Below are positions 37,555-46,795 of a stretch of 52,681 bases of DNA, in pieces. Numbering within the stretch: the first letter of the stretch is position 1; every line of letters starts with the position of its first letter. The DNA is from a virus (taxonomy: Duplodnaviria > Caudoviricetes), in the IMG/VR virus record IMGVR_UViG_3300030060_001275, positions 1 to 52,681 of that record. One strand, given 5' to 3'. Position numbers and translations under genes: made by a program. The notes beneath the pieces are model-generated. The model saw only the letters and a program-made list of their open reading frames with translations. It was not told the origin of the DNA and made no database searches.

Positions 37555-39332
37555 TGAAATATCCTATCGATTACTTAGGTATTGAAATAGATATAAATAA
37601 AGACAAAGAGCTTAGTGATCAAGCCATGTCTTTACTTAAAGATTATTATATGATTGACAAAGAAACTAAAGCACAAGAAGCATTTGCTCGTGCAGCAGTT
37701 GCGTATTGTGAAGGAGATCTAGATTTTGCACAACGTATTTATAATTACGCTAGCAATCAATGGTTTATGTTTGCTTCTCCTGTATTGTCTAATGCACCAA
37801 GACATGGAGAAAACATTAAAGGTCTTCCTATCTCTTGTTTCCTTACTTACGTTGACGATACTCTTGAATCTCTTATCTCCCACAATGCAGAAGTCGCATG
37901 GCTTTCTGTCAAAGGGGGAGGTGTGGGAGGACACTGGTCTGATGTACGACCAGTAAGTGATAAAGCACCGGGTGTTATACCTTTTATGAAGGTCGTTGAT
38001 TCACAGATGACAGCCTACAAGCAGGGCAAGACACGTAAAGGTAGTTATGCCGCATACCTTGACATATCACATCCTGAGATTATAGAATTTATTAAGTTTA
38101 AATATCCTACTGGTGGGGATGCAAATCGTAAGTGTTATAATTTATTTAACGCAGTTAATATTACAGATGCTTTTATGGAGGCAGTACAACGTGGAGAACA
38201 ATGGGAATTACGATGCCCTGATTCAGGAGCTATCAGATCTACAATCCAAGCTAGAGAGTTGTGGCAACGAATACTTGAAGCTCGTTTCAAAACAGGGTCA
38301 CCTTATCTTAACTTCATCGACACAGCCAACAGAGGGCTTCCAGAGTCTCAACGATCACTTGGCCTTACAATTAGAGGCTCTAACTTATGCAATGAAATCC
38401 ATCTCGCTACATCTGAAGAACGCACAGCAGTTTGCTGTCTCTCCTCAGTCAACCTTGAAAAGTGGGATGAATGGAAAGACACCAGAATGGTGCAAGACTT
38501 GGTACGACTCTTGGACAACGTCCTTAAATTCTTTATCCGACATGCTCCAGAAGAAATAGAGAAGGCTAAATACAGTGCGTACATGGAAAGATCAATTGGC
38601 CTTGGAGCAATGGGCTTTCACGGCTACTTGCAAAACAAAGGAATTGCTTGGGAGTCTCGACAAGCAACAGGCCAAAATTATCAAATGTTTAAACGCATTA
38701 AAGAAGCTGCTCTTGAATCAACCTATGAGCTTGGTAAGGAAAGAGGTGAGTGTCCTGATATGGCGGGTACAGGGAGGCGTAATGCTCACCTACTTGCGAT
38801 TGCTCCGAATGCTAACTCGTCAATCATTTGTGGCTGCTCAGCGTCTATTGAGCCTATCAAGTCGAATGCATACACGCACAGAACTCGTGCAGGGGCGCAT
38901 TTGGTTAAGAACAAAGCCTTAGAAAAAGTGTTGGAGGAGCACGGTGAGAATACAGAGGAAACGTGGAAGAGCATCATTAGCAGCGAGGGGTCTGTCCAGC
39001 ATCTGGACTTCCTCACGGATCACGAAAAAAGCGTTTTCAAAACAGCCTTTGAACTGGATCAAGCGTGGGTTGTTGAACATGCGGCTAAGAGACAGGAGTT
39101 TATATGTCAGGGGCAATCAGTAAATCTGTTTTTTCCTGCTGGTGTAGAGCCTAAATACCCTAATGCAGTGCATATGAAAGCGTGGAAAGACGGGCTTAAA
39201 GGCTTGTATTATCTACGCACTAATGCCGGTGTGTCTGCTGATAAAGTAGGCAAATCTATTGCACGTAATGCTTTAAAAGATTTTGCTCAAGAGATAGGTA
39301 AAGAAAATGAGTGCCTCTCATGTCAAGGATAA
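37551..39332 (+). CDS. nrdA: Ribonucleotide reductase class I alpha subunit (no ATP cone)
   Basis: ASPVLSN, ISCF, GGGVG, SNLCNEI, AIAPNANSS, QGQS, LYYLR and C-terminal CLSCQG. Confidence 0.95.
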   Translation: MMKYPIDYLGIEIDINKDKELSDQAMSLLKDYYMIDKETKAQEAFARAAVAYCEGDLDFAQRIYNYASNQWFMFASPVLSNAPRHGENIKGLPISCFLTYVDDTLESLISHNAEVAWLSVKGGGVGGHWSDVRPVSDKAPGVIPFMKVVDSQMTAYKQGKTRKGSYAAYLDISHPEIIEFIKFKYPTGGDANRKCYNLFNAVNITDAFMEAVQRGEQWELRCPDSGAIRSTIQARELWQRILEARFKTGSPYLNFIDTANRGLPESQRSLGLTIRGSNLCNEIHLATSEERTAVCCLSSVNLEKWDEWKDTRMVQDLVRLLDNVLKFFIRHAPEEIEKAKYSAYMERSIGLGAMGFHGYLQNKGIAWESRQATGQNYQMFKRIKEAALESTYELGKERGECPDMAGTGRRNAHLLAIAPNANSSIICGCSASIEPIKSNAYTHRTRAGAHLVKNKALEKVLEEHGENTEETWKSIISSEGSVQHLDFLTDHEKSVFKTAFELDQAWVVEHAAKRQEFICQGQSVNLFFPAGVEPKYPNAVHMKAWKDGLKGLYYLRTNAGVSADKVGKSIARNALKDFAQEIGKENECLSCQG

Positions 39333-39513
39333 AGATAGAAGTCATTGTGAATTAGTTTGTTCTATATGTCACTGTGAATTTGATATCGAATGTGAAGGAG
39401 GAATAGACGGATATATAGGTATACTACCCATGTCTTTATGCCCTATGTGCTTCTCAGGAATGGATATGTTTTTTACTGAATTACATGGTTGTGGAGATGA
39501 AGATGATCATTAA
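39307..39513 (+). CDS. Small Cys-rich protein
   Basis: CSIC...EGG..G.IG.LP...CPMC zinc-ribbon pattern. Confidence 0.55.
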   Translation: MSASHVKDKDRSHCELVCSICHCEFDIECEGGIDGYIGILPMSLCPMCFSGMDMFFTELHGCGDEDDH

Positions 39514-39584
39514 GTCGCAAATAAAATTATTTAATTACGTCAACAAGTTAACGATTTCAAAGAAAAAGTAACAAAAGTCAAGAC

Positions 39585-39614
39585 TTGACATATTTTTTAA
39601 TATGCGTATAACTA
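39585..39614 (+). promoter_or_regulatory. Promoter TTGACA-N16-TATAACTA
   Basis: TTGACA at 39585-39590, TATAAC at 39607-39612. Confidence 0.75.
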
Positions 39615-39624
39615 CTCTCCTGTT

Positions 39625-39647
39625 GCCCACTTCGGTGGGCTTTTTTT
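39625..39647 (+). terminator. Intrinsic terminator (UUCG loop)
   Basis: GCCCAC-TTCG-GTGGGC followed by T7. Confidence 0.85.
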
Positions 39648-39672
39648 ACGTTATAAAATGGAGCTATAAAAA

Positions 39673-40635
39673 GTGCCACTATTAGAAGAAACTAAAACCT
39701 ACAAGCCTTTTCAGTATCCTTGGGCTGTAGAAAAAGCTATATCACATGAAAAAGTTCACTGGGGTGAATGGGAATGTAAGCTGCAAGATGATGTAGCACA
39801 ATGGGGTAATGGGAAACTGTCAGATGTCGAAAGAAACCATATCACGCAAATACTTAGATTGTTTACGCAATCAGATGTCCAAGTTGGAACTAACTACTTG
39901 GAATGCTATATCCCAAAATTTAAGAACAATGAAATACGTGCGATGCTTACTAGCTTTGCTAACCGTGAATTTGTGCATCAGCGTTCTTATGCTTTACTTA
40001 ATGATACGTTAGGTCTACCGGAAGAAGAGTTCTCAGCCTTTCTAGAATACTCTGAGATGGCAGATAAAATTGAGTTTATGGCTGACATAGACGTAAACAC
40101 TTACAGCGGCTTAGGCAAGGCTGTAGCGCGTTCTGTAATCAATGAAGGTATGTCTTTGTTTAGTGCATTCGTTATGCTACTGAACTACCAAAGATATGGC
40201 AAGATGAGAGGCATGTGTGAGATAGTGGAGTGGTCAGTTCGTGATGAAACTATGCACTGCGAAGGTATGACAAAACTATTTCATACATTCTGTGAGGAAC
40301 ACCCAAGGATTGTTAACGATGAATTTAAAGCAGATATCTATCAAATGGTTAGAGATGCAGTCGCACTTGAAGATAAAGTTATTGACCTTGCGTATGAAAT
40401 GGGAGATCTGGAAGGACTGTCTTCAGACGAAGTTAAACATTATATACGCTACATTGCCGATAGAAGACTTATACAGTTGGGTCTCAAGGGTAATTACAAA
40501 GTTAAAGAAAATCCTTTGCCGTGGGTAGATTGGATTATTGCTGGGGATTCCCATAAGAACTTTTTTGAGGGTGTTGTGACAGACTACAATGCCGCAGGTA
40601 TGGATGGTGATGATTGGGGTTGGCATGCCGCATAG
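39673..40635 (+). CDS. nrdB: Ribonucleotide reductase class I beta subunit
   Basis: KPFQYPWA, FTQSD, REFVHQRSY, EGMSLF, RDETMH, NFFE. Confidence 0.95.
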   Translation: MPLLEETKTYKPFQYPWAVEKAISHEKVHWGEWECKLQDDVAQWGNGKLSDVERNHITQILRLFTQSDVQVGTNYLECYIPKFKNNEIRAMLTSFANREFVHQRSYALLNDTLGLPEEEFSAFLEYSEMADKIEFMADIDVNTYSGLGKAVARSVINEGMSLFSAFVMLLNYQRYGKMRGMCEIVEWSVRDETMHCEGMTKLFHTFCEEHPRIVNDEFKADIYQMVRDAVALEDKVIDLAYEMGDLEGLSSDEVKHYIRYIADRRLIQLGLKGNYKVKENPLPWVDWIIAGDSHKNFFEGVVTDYNAAGMDGDDWGWHAA

Positions 40636-40655
40636 AAACTATTTAATATAATCTA

Positions 40656-40685
40656 TTGACTTTTATATTATTTAGTGTATAACTA
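40656..40685 (+). promoter_or_regulatory. Promoter TTGACT-N16-TATAACTA
   Basis: TTGACT at 40656-40661, TATAAC at 40678-40683. Confidence 0.7.
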
Positions 40686-40689
40686 TTAG

Positions 40690-40785
40690 TTATATGAGAG
40701 AAACTGCTACGGTAGTTTTCCCTCCGCTGTTTGATCTCACCCTCACAGCAAAGAGTACAAGCCCCTCGCAATGAGGGGTTTTTTT
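40690..40785 (+). ncRNA. Candidate ~95-nt small RNA
   Basis: Own promoter; stem with c(UACG)g tetraloop; GCTGT/ACAGC stem with a CU-rich loop; terminator GCCCCTC-GCAAT-GAGGGG followed by T7. Confidence 0.55.
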
Positions 40786-43700
40786 ATGTGCGTGACATTA
40801 ATCCGCCACGATTCATATCGTTTGATTTAGTCGCAGTAATTAAATCGCCTTTGCTCTGAACATTACCTTCACCAAACACTTCCTCTACACGAGATACATA
40901 GGCACTGGTAGGCTCGTTTCTTTGGTAGCCTTTAGAAGTTGTCTTTCCTTTTCCTGACTTGTCGCCTGCATAAACTGTAAAGTACGCCTTATCACCGGGC
41001 TTGATTGCATTCTCAGCCTGTTGAATAACACGTTTAATGTTTTTGGGTTCTTTAATTACGTTTAATGTATTATTTGATACAGCAACATCAGCACCACCAT
41101 CTGCAACTAATTCTTTAACAACATTGTTGTGATCAGGTGTGCGATTAAATGGATCGTATACTTGTAGCTCAACGTCTTGCTTTGCTAAATCTTCAACTGC
41201 ATTATCAAAACGACCACCACCAATATCTACAACACGTTGACCGGGCTGAAATACTCCCATCTTTTTAAGTTTAGTATACCCAGCAGGTAACTTGCTTTGG
41301 TTAATAGACGTATCAGCAGACGTTACCTTCTGTGTAGGAACGTCCCATAACTCATCTGCATACTTAGATATAGCTTTGACACCTGTCTTTGCGCCTCTAG
41401 CAACCATACCAACACCCGGCACTGCACCTAACGCACCCAATGTCGCCATGCCATAGTCACCTTTTTCAAAGTCTTCTACGGCGGCTTGTGCTGAACGTAT
41501 CTCACCAGTTACAGGTGCGAGGTCAAGACCTAATCCAACCATTTGACGGGTAGTTTCATCTTCTATCTGTTCTTCAGGTTTGATCAGTCCACCTACAAGA
41601 CCACCAGAGTTAAACTGCTTTGTTTTGTATGCTTCTCCTCTCATTAAATACTCAGAGTAATCAGATTTGCTACTAGGAGCACCAAGCTGTTCGTTAATTA
41701 GAGCTCTAACTTCAGAACTAACTTCATTCTCATATTTGAATTTATATATGTCGTTAAGCGTGTAGCCAAACTCTAACTTTATCATTTCTGGAGTAGCACC
41801 GGGATTGCTATCCATAAAATCCTTTACAGGAGGAATTAACAATTCATTTATTACTCTAGAAGATGTTTTACGTACTTCTTCTCTTGCAATAGTTTTAAAT
41901 TCTACAATCTTTTGCTTGTCCGTCATCTTCTGATAGGCATCTCTTTTGATTAGATCATCTAAAACAGGAGTTAATCTTTGAGATACTTCTTGTCTGATTT
42001 TTACATCGGCAGGACCAAATCTAAATCTGCGATATACTTGATATGGTCTAATCTGAAGTCTGTTAGCTTCTTTTTCTACAGCAGTTGCATTCTCAGAAAT
42101 ATTAAGACCAGAAGTCATGGTAGCAATAGGGTTAACTTTTCTTGCTGGTGTTTCCCTCATTATGCTAAATCTAGGCTCTATTTCCTCATAATCAAATCCA
42201 AGACGAGAAAGGCCACTACGGAACGGTCCAAGAGAACGCCCAGCCTTAGCAAACATAATATCCCACGTAGATACTTCTTTGCCTGTTTCTGGTATGAGTC
42301 GCAGTTGCTCATCAGTTAAAGAGTACAAATCTTTAGCTACACTAAGTGGCATCATTAATGTATAAGTATTAAGATAATTTCCTGCTATTTCACCCATAAT
42401 TTGTTTAAACTTTAGTGTGCCTTCCGCCTCTGTGCCTTTAAACGCACCTGCTATCGATGGTAGTGCTTCATTAATAAGTTGAAGTCCACTACCCGCCCTC
42501 ATGGAAGAACCAACTGCTGTCTGTATTAAATCCTGAGAAATACCTACTACATCTGGTTGAGGTTCACCTTTGATCATTTTAAGTGCTGTGTCAGCAAGAT
42601 ATAACTCTAAGTTCATCGGCCCTAAAAAAGGACGCAGATCCTTAGTTCCCTCTTCTCCTATTATCCCTTCCACGTTATACCAAAGTGTTCCGGGATCTTG
42701 TGTATTACGCAGTGCCATAAAAGCACCGACCATACTGAATCCACTAGCCTGCTGTGCAATTCGTTTGGCAACAGAACGCCCAACATAATTTTTACCCGCC
42801 CCAAATCTTTCAAGTGGGATGGCACCAACAATAGGAGCATGTTCATACATAAACTGTATTTGATTGATTACAAAGCGAGGGAAAGGAATAAGCAAACCGG
42901 AAACAAATCCAGCTTCCTTGTCCATTTTTAACCATCCCCTAGCGGCTTGTCCAAATATACCAGTGTCAGCTTTAGGTGTTTTTTGATAGACCATTTCAAA
43001 GGCTTTGTCCATTGCTTGATTAAACAGCTTTGGATTAATCTGATTGAACTTTCCTTCTTTAATAATTTCTATTAGATCTTTGCCTGTGTCTTGTTTTACA
43101 AGTCTACTTAACTCACCTGAAAATGCAGCCTTCTTAAAAAAGTTATCTGACATTTTATTAAAAACATTAAATATATTTCCTATGGACTCAAGTTTTGTTG
43201 GGCTTCCCCCTGCTATTTTTGTAGTCCCGACACCTGCATCAATAAAACTAGAGAAGAATCTTTCATATCCCTCTTTGTCAATGTTCCTATAAAGATCAGC
43301 AATTAGATCTGCCTCTGGCGTGTCTAAAATATATTTAATCATTTCACTAGATTTAAACACAGATCTTTCTTTTATTGGTGTCGCTCCTGCTACACGCGGA
43401 GTAAGTCTATTGTAAAAATATGTAGTGCTTGTCTCAACAGCTTCCTCAAACATATCTAATCCAATACGAGAAGCACCACCAAATACGTTACGCAAAGTAG
43501 TAACAGGCTGAGAAGTCATAATAGAACGGCGAATTCTTTCAAACCCATTTAAATTTTCTTTTAAATTTTGTATGGTTGATTCTTTAATGGCTTCTTTTTG
43601 CAACTTTATGCCGACATCTATGCCCAAGTTCTCCCCAGCCTCAGTAGCAGTTTTAGCTATGCGTTCAATATTAAGAATATTTTTTTCGTTTATAGTTCTC

Positions 43701-44908
43701 TGAGCGCGTAATAATCTAGCGGCATCAGACACAGAAGACAGCATCATATGCTTGACATGCTTTCCATTAAGATTGTACTTGAGCATAATCTCACTATACA
43801 AATCGTCAGCTATGCCATTTTTAGAAAACGCATTGGCAAAATCTTCCGATATTCTTTTTCCGGGTGTTCTAGGTATAACATCGGAAAATTCAAGAAATGC
43901 GGCTTGCATTCTTTTAAACTCTTGGGGAGTAAAAGACAAACGAAACTCAGGATCTATGTTCTCTGCAATATCTGAAAATAATTGATCACCAATTGCTGTG
44001 CTTTCTGGGTCTAGCGGATCAAGCTTTGCATCTTTTTTAGTCGCCTTCTGTGCATCTTTTAGGGCACCCTTCAGAGTCTTACGAACAAGCTTTGTCTCTT
44101 TTTTAGTCGCCTTTTTTGCATCTACTATTTTATCTAATGATCCTAGTGCGTCCTTTACTTCTTTAACTTTTTTAGAATCGGCATTTTTAATTACTTTTTC
44201 TGCTTCAGTAAGAGCTACGCTATCAAGTGCTTCTGCCGCTTCCTCTCCCTGCGCTTTCAGTATGTCAGCCTGCTGTGACTTTTTTCCTAGTCTTAAAGCA
44301 TTAAATCCACCGAAAGTGACACCGGGAATAGCAGATGCAGCAGTGGTTAAGGCAAATTCTTTACCACTAAAGTCTCTCTCTGGGTCTAATTCCATTCGTG
44401 TGCCTTGCTGTGCCACGTTCTGCCCAGCACCAATAACACCCTCCGTTATACCTGCTCTTAGGGCACCCTTCAGAGTCTTACGAACAAGTAATTTAGTAGC
44501 TGATTGCCCTGCTATAGAGGCTACCTTGCCACTTCCCCCTGTAAGTATCCCTAACCAAGTGGATGGTGCAGTGGCAATACCTGTGGTGTAATCTACGGCC
44601 TTATCTACAAAATCTTCTGTGCTCATTTCCGATTTGTCGTAGACATCAAAAAGACGACCCATCTCAGCTTTGCTTTCTTCATCAGCTTCTTGGGCGTACA
44701 AAAGATCACTAATAGTAGAAACTTCGTTCACATCGTGATATCTCATACGCTGTTGAAATTCTTCGTATATCTCATCGGGATCTGTTAGGTCTAGCTCCCC
44801 TTTACTGCTTTTATACAAATAGTTTGCGGCATCGTCTAAAAAATCTTCATTAACAACCAGATTTTCCCTATTGATATCTTTAGAAGCTAGATAATTGTAA
44901 CTTTTCAT
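40784..44908 (-). CDS. Large internal virion (ejection) protein with C-terminal pre-toxin-like segment and SAM-dependent methyltransferase domain
   Basis: 1374 aa, last gene of the virion block; C-terminus contains VVDIGGG, VYDPFN, SNNTLNVI, AYFTVY, GYQRN. Confidence 0.75.
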   Translation of the reverse strand: MKSYNYLASKDINRENLVVNEDFLDDAANYLYKSSKGELDLTDPDEIYEEFQQRMRYHDVNEVSTISDLLYAQEADEESKAEMGRLFDVYDKSEMSTEDFVDKAVDYTTGIATAPSTWLGILTGGSGKVASIAGQSATKLLVRKTLKGALRAGITEGVIGAGQNVAQQGTRMELDPERDFSGKEFALTTAASAIPGVTFGGFNALRLGKKSQQADILKAQGEEAAEALDSVALTEAEKVIKNADSKKVKEVKDALGSLDKIVDAKKATKKETKLVRKTLKGALKDAQKATKKDAKLDPLDPESTAIGDQLFSDIAENIDPEFRLSFTPQEFKRMQAAFLEFSDVIPRTPGKRISEDFANAFSKNGIADDLYSEIMLKYNLNGKHVKHMMLSSVSDAARLLRAQRTINEKNILNIERIAKTATEAGENLGIDVGIKLQKEAIKESTIQNLKENLNGFERIRRSIMTSQPVTTLRNVFGGASRIGLDMFEEAVETSTTYFYNRLTPRVAGATPIKERSVFKSSEMIKYILDTPEADLIADLYRNIDKEGYERFFSSFIDAGVGTTKIAGGSPTKLESIGNIFNVFNKMSDNFFKKAAFSGELSRLVKQDTGKDLIEIIKEGKFNQINPKLFNQAMDKAFEMVYQKTPKADTGIFGQAARGWLKMDKEAGFVSGLLIPFPRFVINQIQFMYEHAPIVGAIPLERFGAGKNYVGRSVAKRIAQQASGFSMVGAFMALRNTQDPGTLWYNVEGIIGEEGTKDLRPFLGPMNLELYLADTALKMIKGEPQPDVVGISQDLIQTAVGSSMRAGSGLQLINEALPSIAGAFKGTEAEGTLKFKQIMGEIAGNYLNTYTLMMPLSVAKDLYSLTDEQLRLIPETGKEVSTWDIMFAKAGRSLGPFRSGLSRLGFDYEEIEPRFSIMRETPARKVNPIATMTSGLNISENATAVEKEANRLQIRPYQVYRRFRFGPADVKIRQEVSQRLTPVLDDLIKRDAYQKMTDKQKIVEFKTIAREEVRKTSSRVINELLIPPVKDFMDSNPGATPEMIKLEFGYTLNDIYKFKYENEVSSEVRALINEQLGAPSSKSDYSEYLMRGEAYKTKQFNSGGLVGGLIKPEEQIEDETTRQMVGLGLDLAPVTGEIRSAQAAVEDFEKGDYGMATLGALGAVPGVGMVARGAKTGVKAISKYADELWDVPTQKVTSADTSINQSKLPAGYTKLKKMGVFQPGQRVVDIGGGRFDNAVEDLAKQDVELQVYDPFNRTPDHNNVVKELVADGGADVAVSNNTLNVIKEPKNIKRVIQQAENAIKPGDKAYFTVYAGDKSGKGKTTSKGYQRNEPTSAYVSRVEEVFGEGNVQSKGDLITATKSNDMNRGGLMSRT

Positions 44909-46074
44909 TATTTAGGTATCAGGGCTAACGCCTCTGCCTCTGCCTTTACTTCACTATAATTGTAAGGGGATGCCATTAGCATACCTACAACAACGCGCCT
45001 ATTTGAATTTTTTTGTCTGGTGCCCATATCCCCTTTTATAAGTTTAGCTATTCTAGGATCCTCTCTTGGTATGAGTGGTCCTTCTGAATCTGGAATATTG
45101 GAGTCACGGCCAGCTAGACCGCTACCGCCTTCTTCAGTAGTAGTAGTAGAATCAATTACAGGAGGTGAAGAGCTTTCTAAACCAGCGGCGGCTTTAGCAC
45201 TGGTGTAAAAATTTATATTGTCAAGAGCAAACGCATTTGCCGCAGAAATGTCAGCAAGCGGATCAATAGCTGTGTCAGCCGTTCGGTTTTCCTCTATTAA
45301 ATCTCTGACAATTTTAAATGCATCGCCTTTAACTTTGGTTTCATCTTCTATTTGTGCAAAATTGTATTTAAGTTCCCCAGTATTTCTATCTACTACAGCA
45401 GATATTCCCATAGCCGCAGACAATTGATCAAATACATTTTTTCTTAGTCGATTGACTTCTGGAGTTGTTGGAGCAACAAACGCACCTTTCCTCTCCTGCA
45501 TACTTAAAGACTCGCCCTGTCCTATAGTAGGCACATCACCTTCAAATTTTCCTCTTTCTGGAATGTATGCAGACCTAATGGACTCTGCTCCTGTTCCTAG
45601 AGAAATATCTCTTCCGAATACTCCAGTTTTTAATAAATCTGTAGGAGCAACATACAAAGGCTCCTTCACAGTAGAGTACCCACCAGAGTTAATATAATCC
45701 TCTATACTGAACCCAGTTATCTCTTTATTTGCCTCCGCTATAGGCATTAAAGATGCTACAGTTACGCCTCGTTTCTTGGCTACGTCTTCTGCTTTCTGTA
45801 TAAATTCTTTGGCATAAATATCCCCGTTATCCATAATCTGTTTAATGATTATGTCTTTATTTGCTACATTTTCTAATTTTGCAGACAGTGCTTTTGCTAT
45901 CTCCTTTTTAACACGTATCTCTTCCTGATACCGTGGCTTGTAGTCTTTAGCTTCCTCACGAAAATCATCCATTGCTTCCTTGAGAAGTTCAATGCCTATT
46001 TTTGCTGATTCTTCTTCAATTTCTTGCGCTTTAGTTGCAAACCCAGCGGCAAATGCTCCTAATTTAAAAGCCAT
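44908..46074 (-). CDS. Internal virion protein (putative)
   Basis: 388 aa; MAFKLGAFAAGFA start followed by a charged helix; synteny. Confidence 0.55.
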   Translation of the reverse strand: MAFKLGAFAAGFATKAQEIEEESAKIGIELLKEAMDDFREEAKDYKPRYQEEIRVKKEIAKALSAKLENVANKDIIIKQIMDNGDIYAKEFIQKAEDVAKKRGVTVASLMPIAEANKEITGFSIEDYINSGGYSTVKEPLYVAPTDLLKTGVFGRDISLGTGAESIRSAYIPERGKFEGDVPTIGQGESLSMQERKGAFVAPTTPEVNRLRKNVFDQLSAAMGISAVVDRNTGELKYNFAQIEDETKVKGDAFKIVRDLIEENRTADTAIDPLADISAANAFALDNINFYTSAKAAAGLESSSPPVIDSTTTTEEGGSGLAGRDSNIPDSEGPLIPREDPRIAKLIKGDMGTRQKNSNRRVVVGMLMASPYNYSEVKAEAEALALIPK

Positions 46075-46586
46075 TATATCTCACTCCTACGAGTCATTAA
46101 TCCTCTTTGTTCAGGTGCTTTTTTAGGTTCAACAGGCATTTCTTCTGTTGTTATAGTCTCTTCTACAGCACCTTCTTCTTCTTGTAGGGTTTTCATTACC
46201 TGATTAATAATGTCTTGCTTAGTGCCCGGTTCATCGTCTGTGCGCTCATTACCTATCACGTAATCAATCTCAGCCATCTCAGCCATTGTAATCATAGTTT
46301 CTACAAGTATAGGAGACACTAATATACCTACATCTAAAGTATGCACTCCCTCCATTGTATTTGCTGTAATTAAAAGATCTGCTATAGATGTTAAAGGCAC
46401 ACCACTTTGAATTTGACCTAGTAACATTTTAGATGTAGTTTTATTTTGAAACATGGGAGCATACACAGCCGCTGCTTCATCTACTGTACTGATGCTAGAA
46501 GGTCTACGCCAAGGGCGAGACTTAGGTTCTGCAACTAAGGACTCTCCGGGTATGGGAGCATCAAGAAAGTTTTCTGGAGTAGACAT
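46074..46586 (-). CDS. Conserved structural-block protein
   Basis: DAPIPGESL...PW.RP, GVHTLDV; ends GLMTRR. Confidence 0.65.
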   Translation of the reverse strand: MSTPENFLDAPIPGESLVAEPKSRPWRRPSSISTVDEAAAVYAPMFQNKTTSKMLLGQIQSGVPLTSIADLLITANTMEGVHTLDVGILVSPILVETMITMAEMAEIDYVIGNERTDDEPGTKQDIINQVMKTLQEEEGAVEETITTEEMPVEPKKAPEQRGLMTRRSEI

Positions 46587-46792
46587 TATGACATCCTATA
46601 TTCACGAACAGCACTGATTATTTCAGCTACCCTGTCCAGTTCAGATAATTTATTTTTGCGTGTTGATGACTTTGCCATTGTAGACTTTGCTCTTCCACCT
46701 AAACTCAAAGGTGACGCAGTAGTCGGAACATTGCTTTTACTTTTTTCGTAAGACAAAAATCCATCATATACTTGGGCTATTCTTTTAGACAT
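46586..46792 (-). CDS. Hypothetical protein
   Basis: 68 aa, TAATG coupling. Confidence 0.55.
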   Translation of the reverse strand: MSKRIAQVYDGFLSYEKSKSNVPTTASPLSLGGRAKSTMAKSSTRKNKLSELDRVAEIISAVREYRMS

Positions 46793-46795
46793 TTT

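Noticed and set aside
39333-39672. Intron, intein or homing endonuclease in the nrd genes
   Set aside because: nrdA and nrdB are each uninterrupted; the spacer holds only a small Cys-rich ORF, a promoter and a terminator.
43998-44591. 197-aa plus-strand ORF and similar antisense ORFs in 41.9-48.3 kb
   Set aside because: Shadow frames of the minus-strand virion genes.
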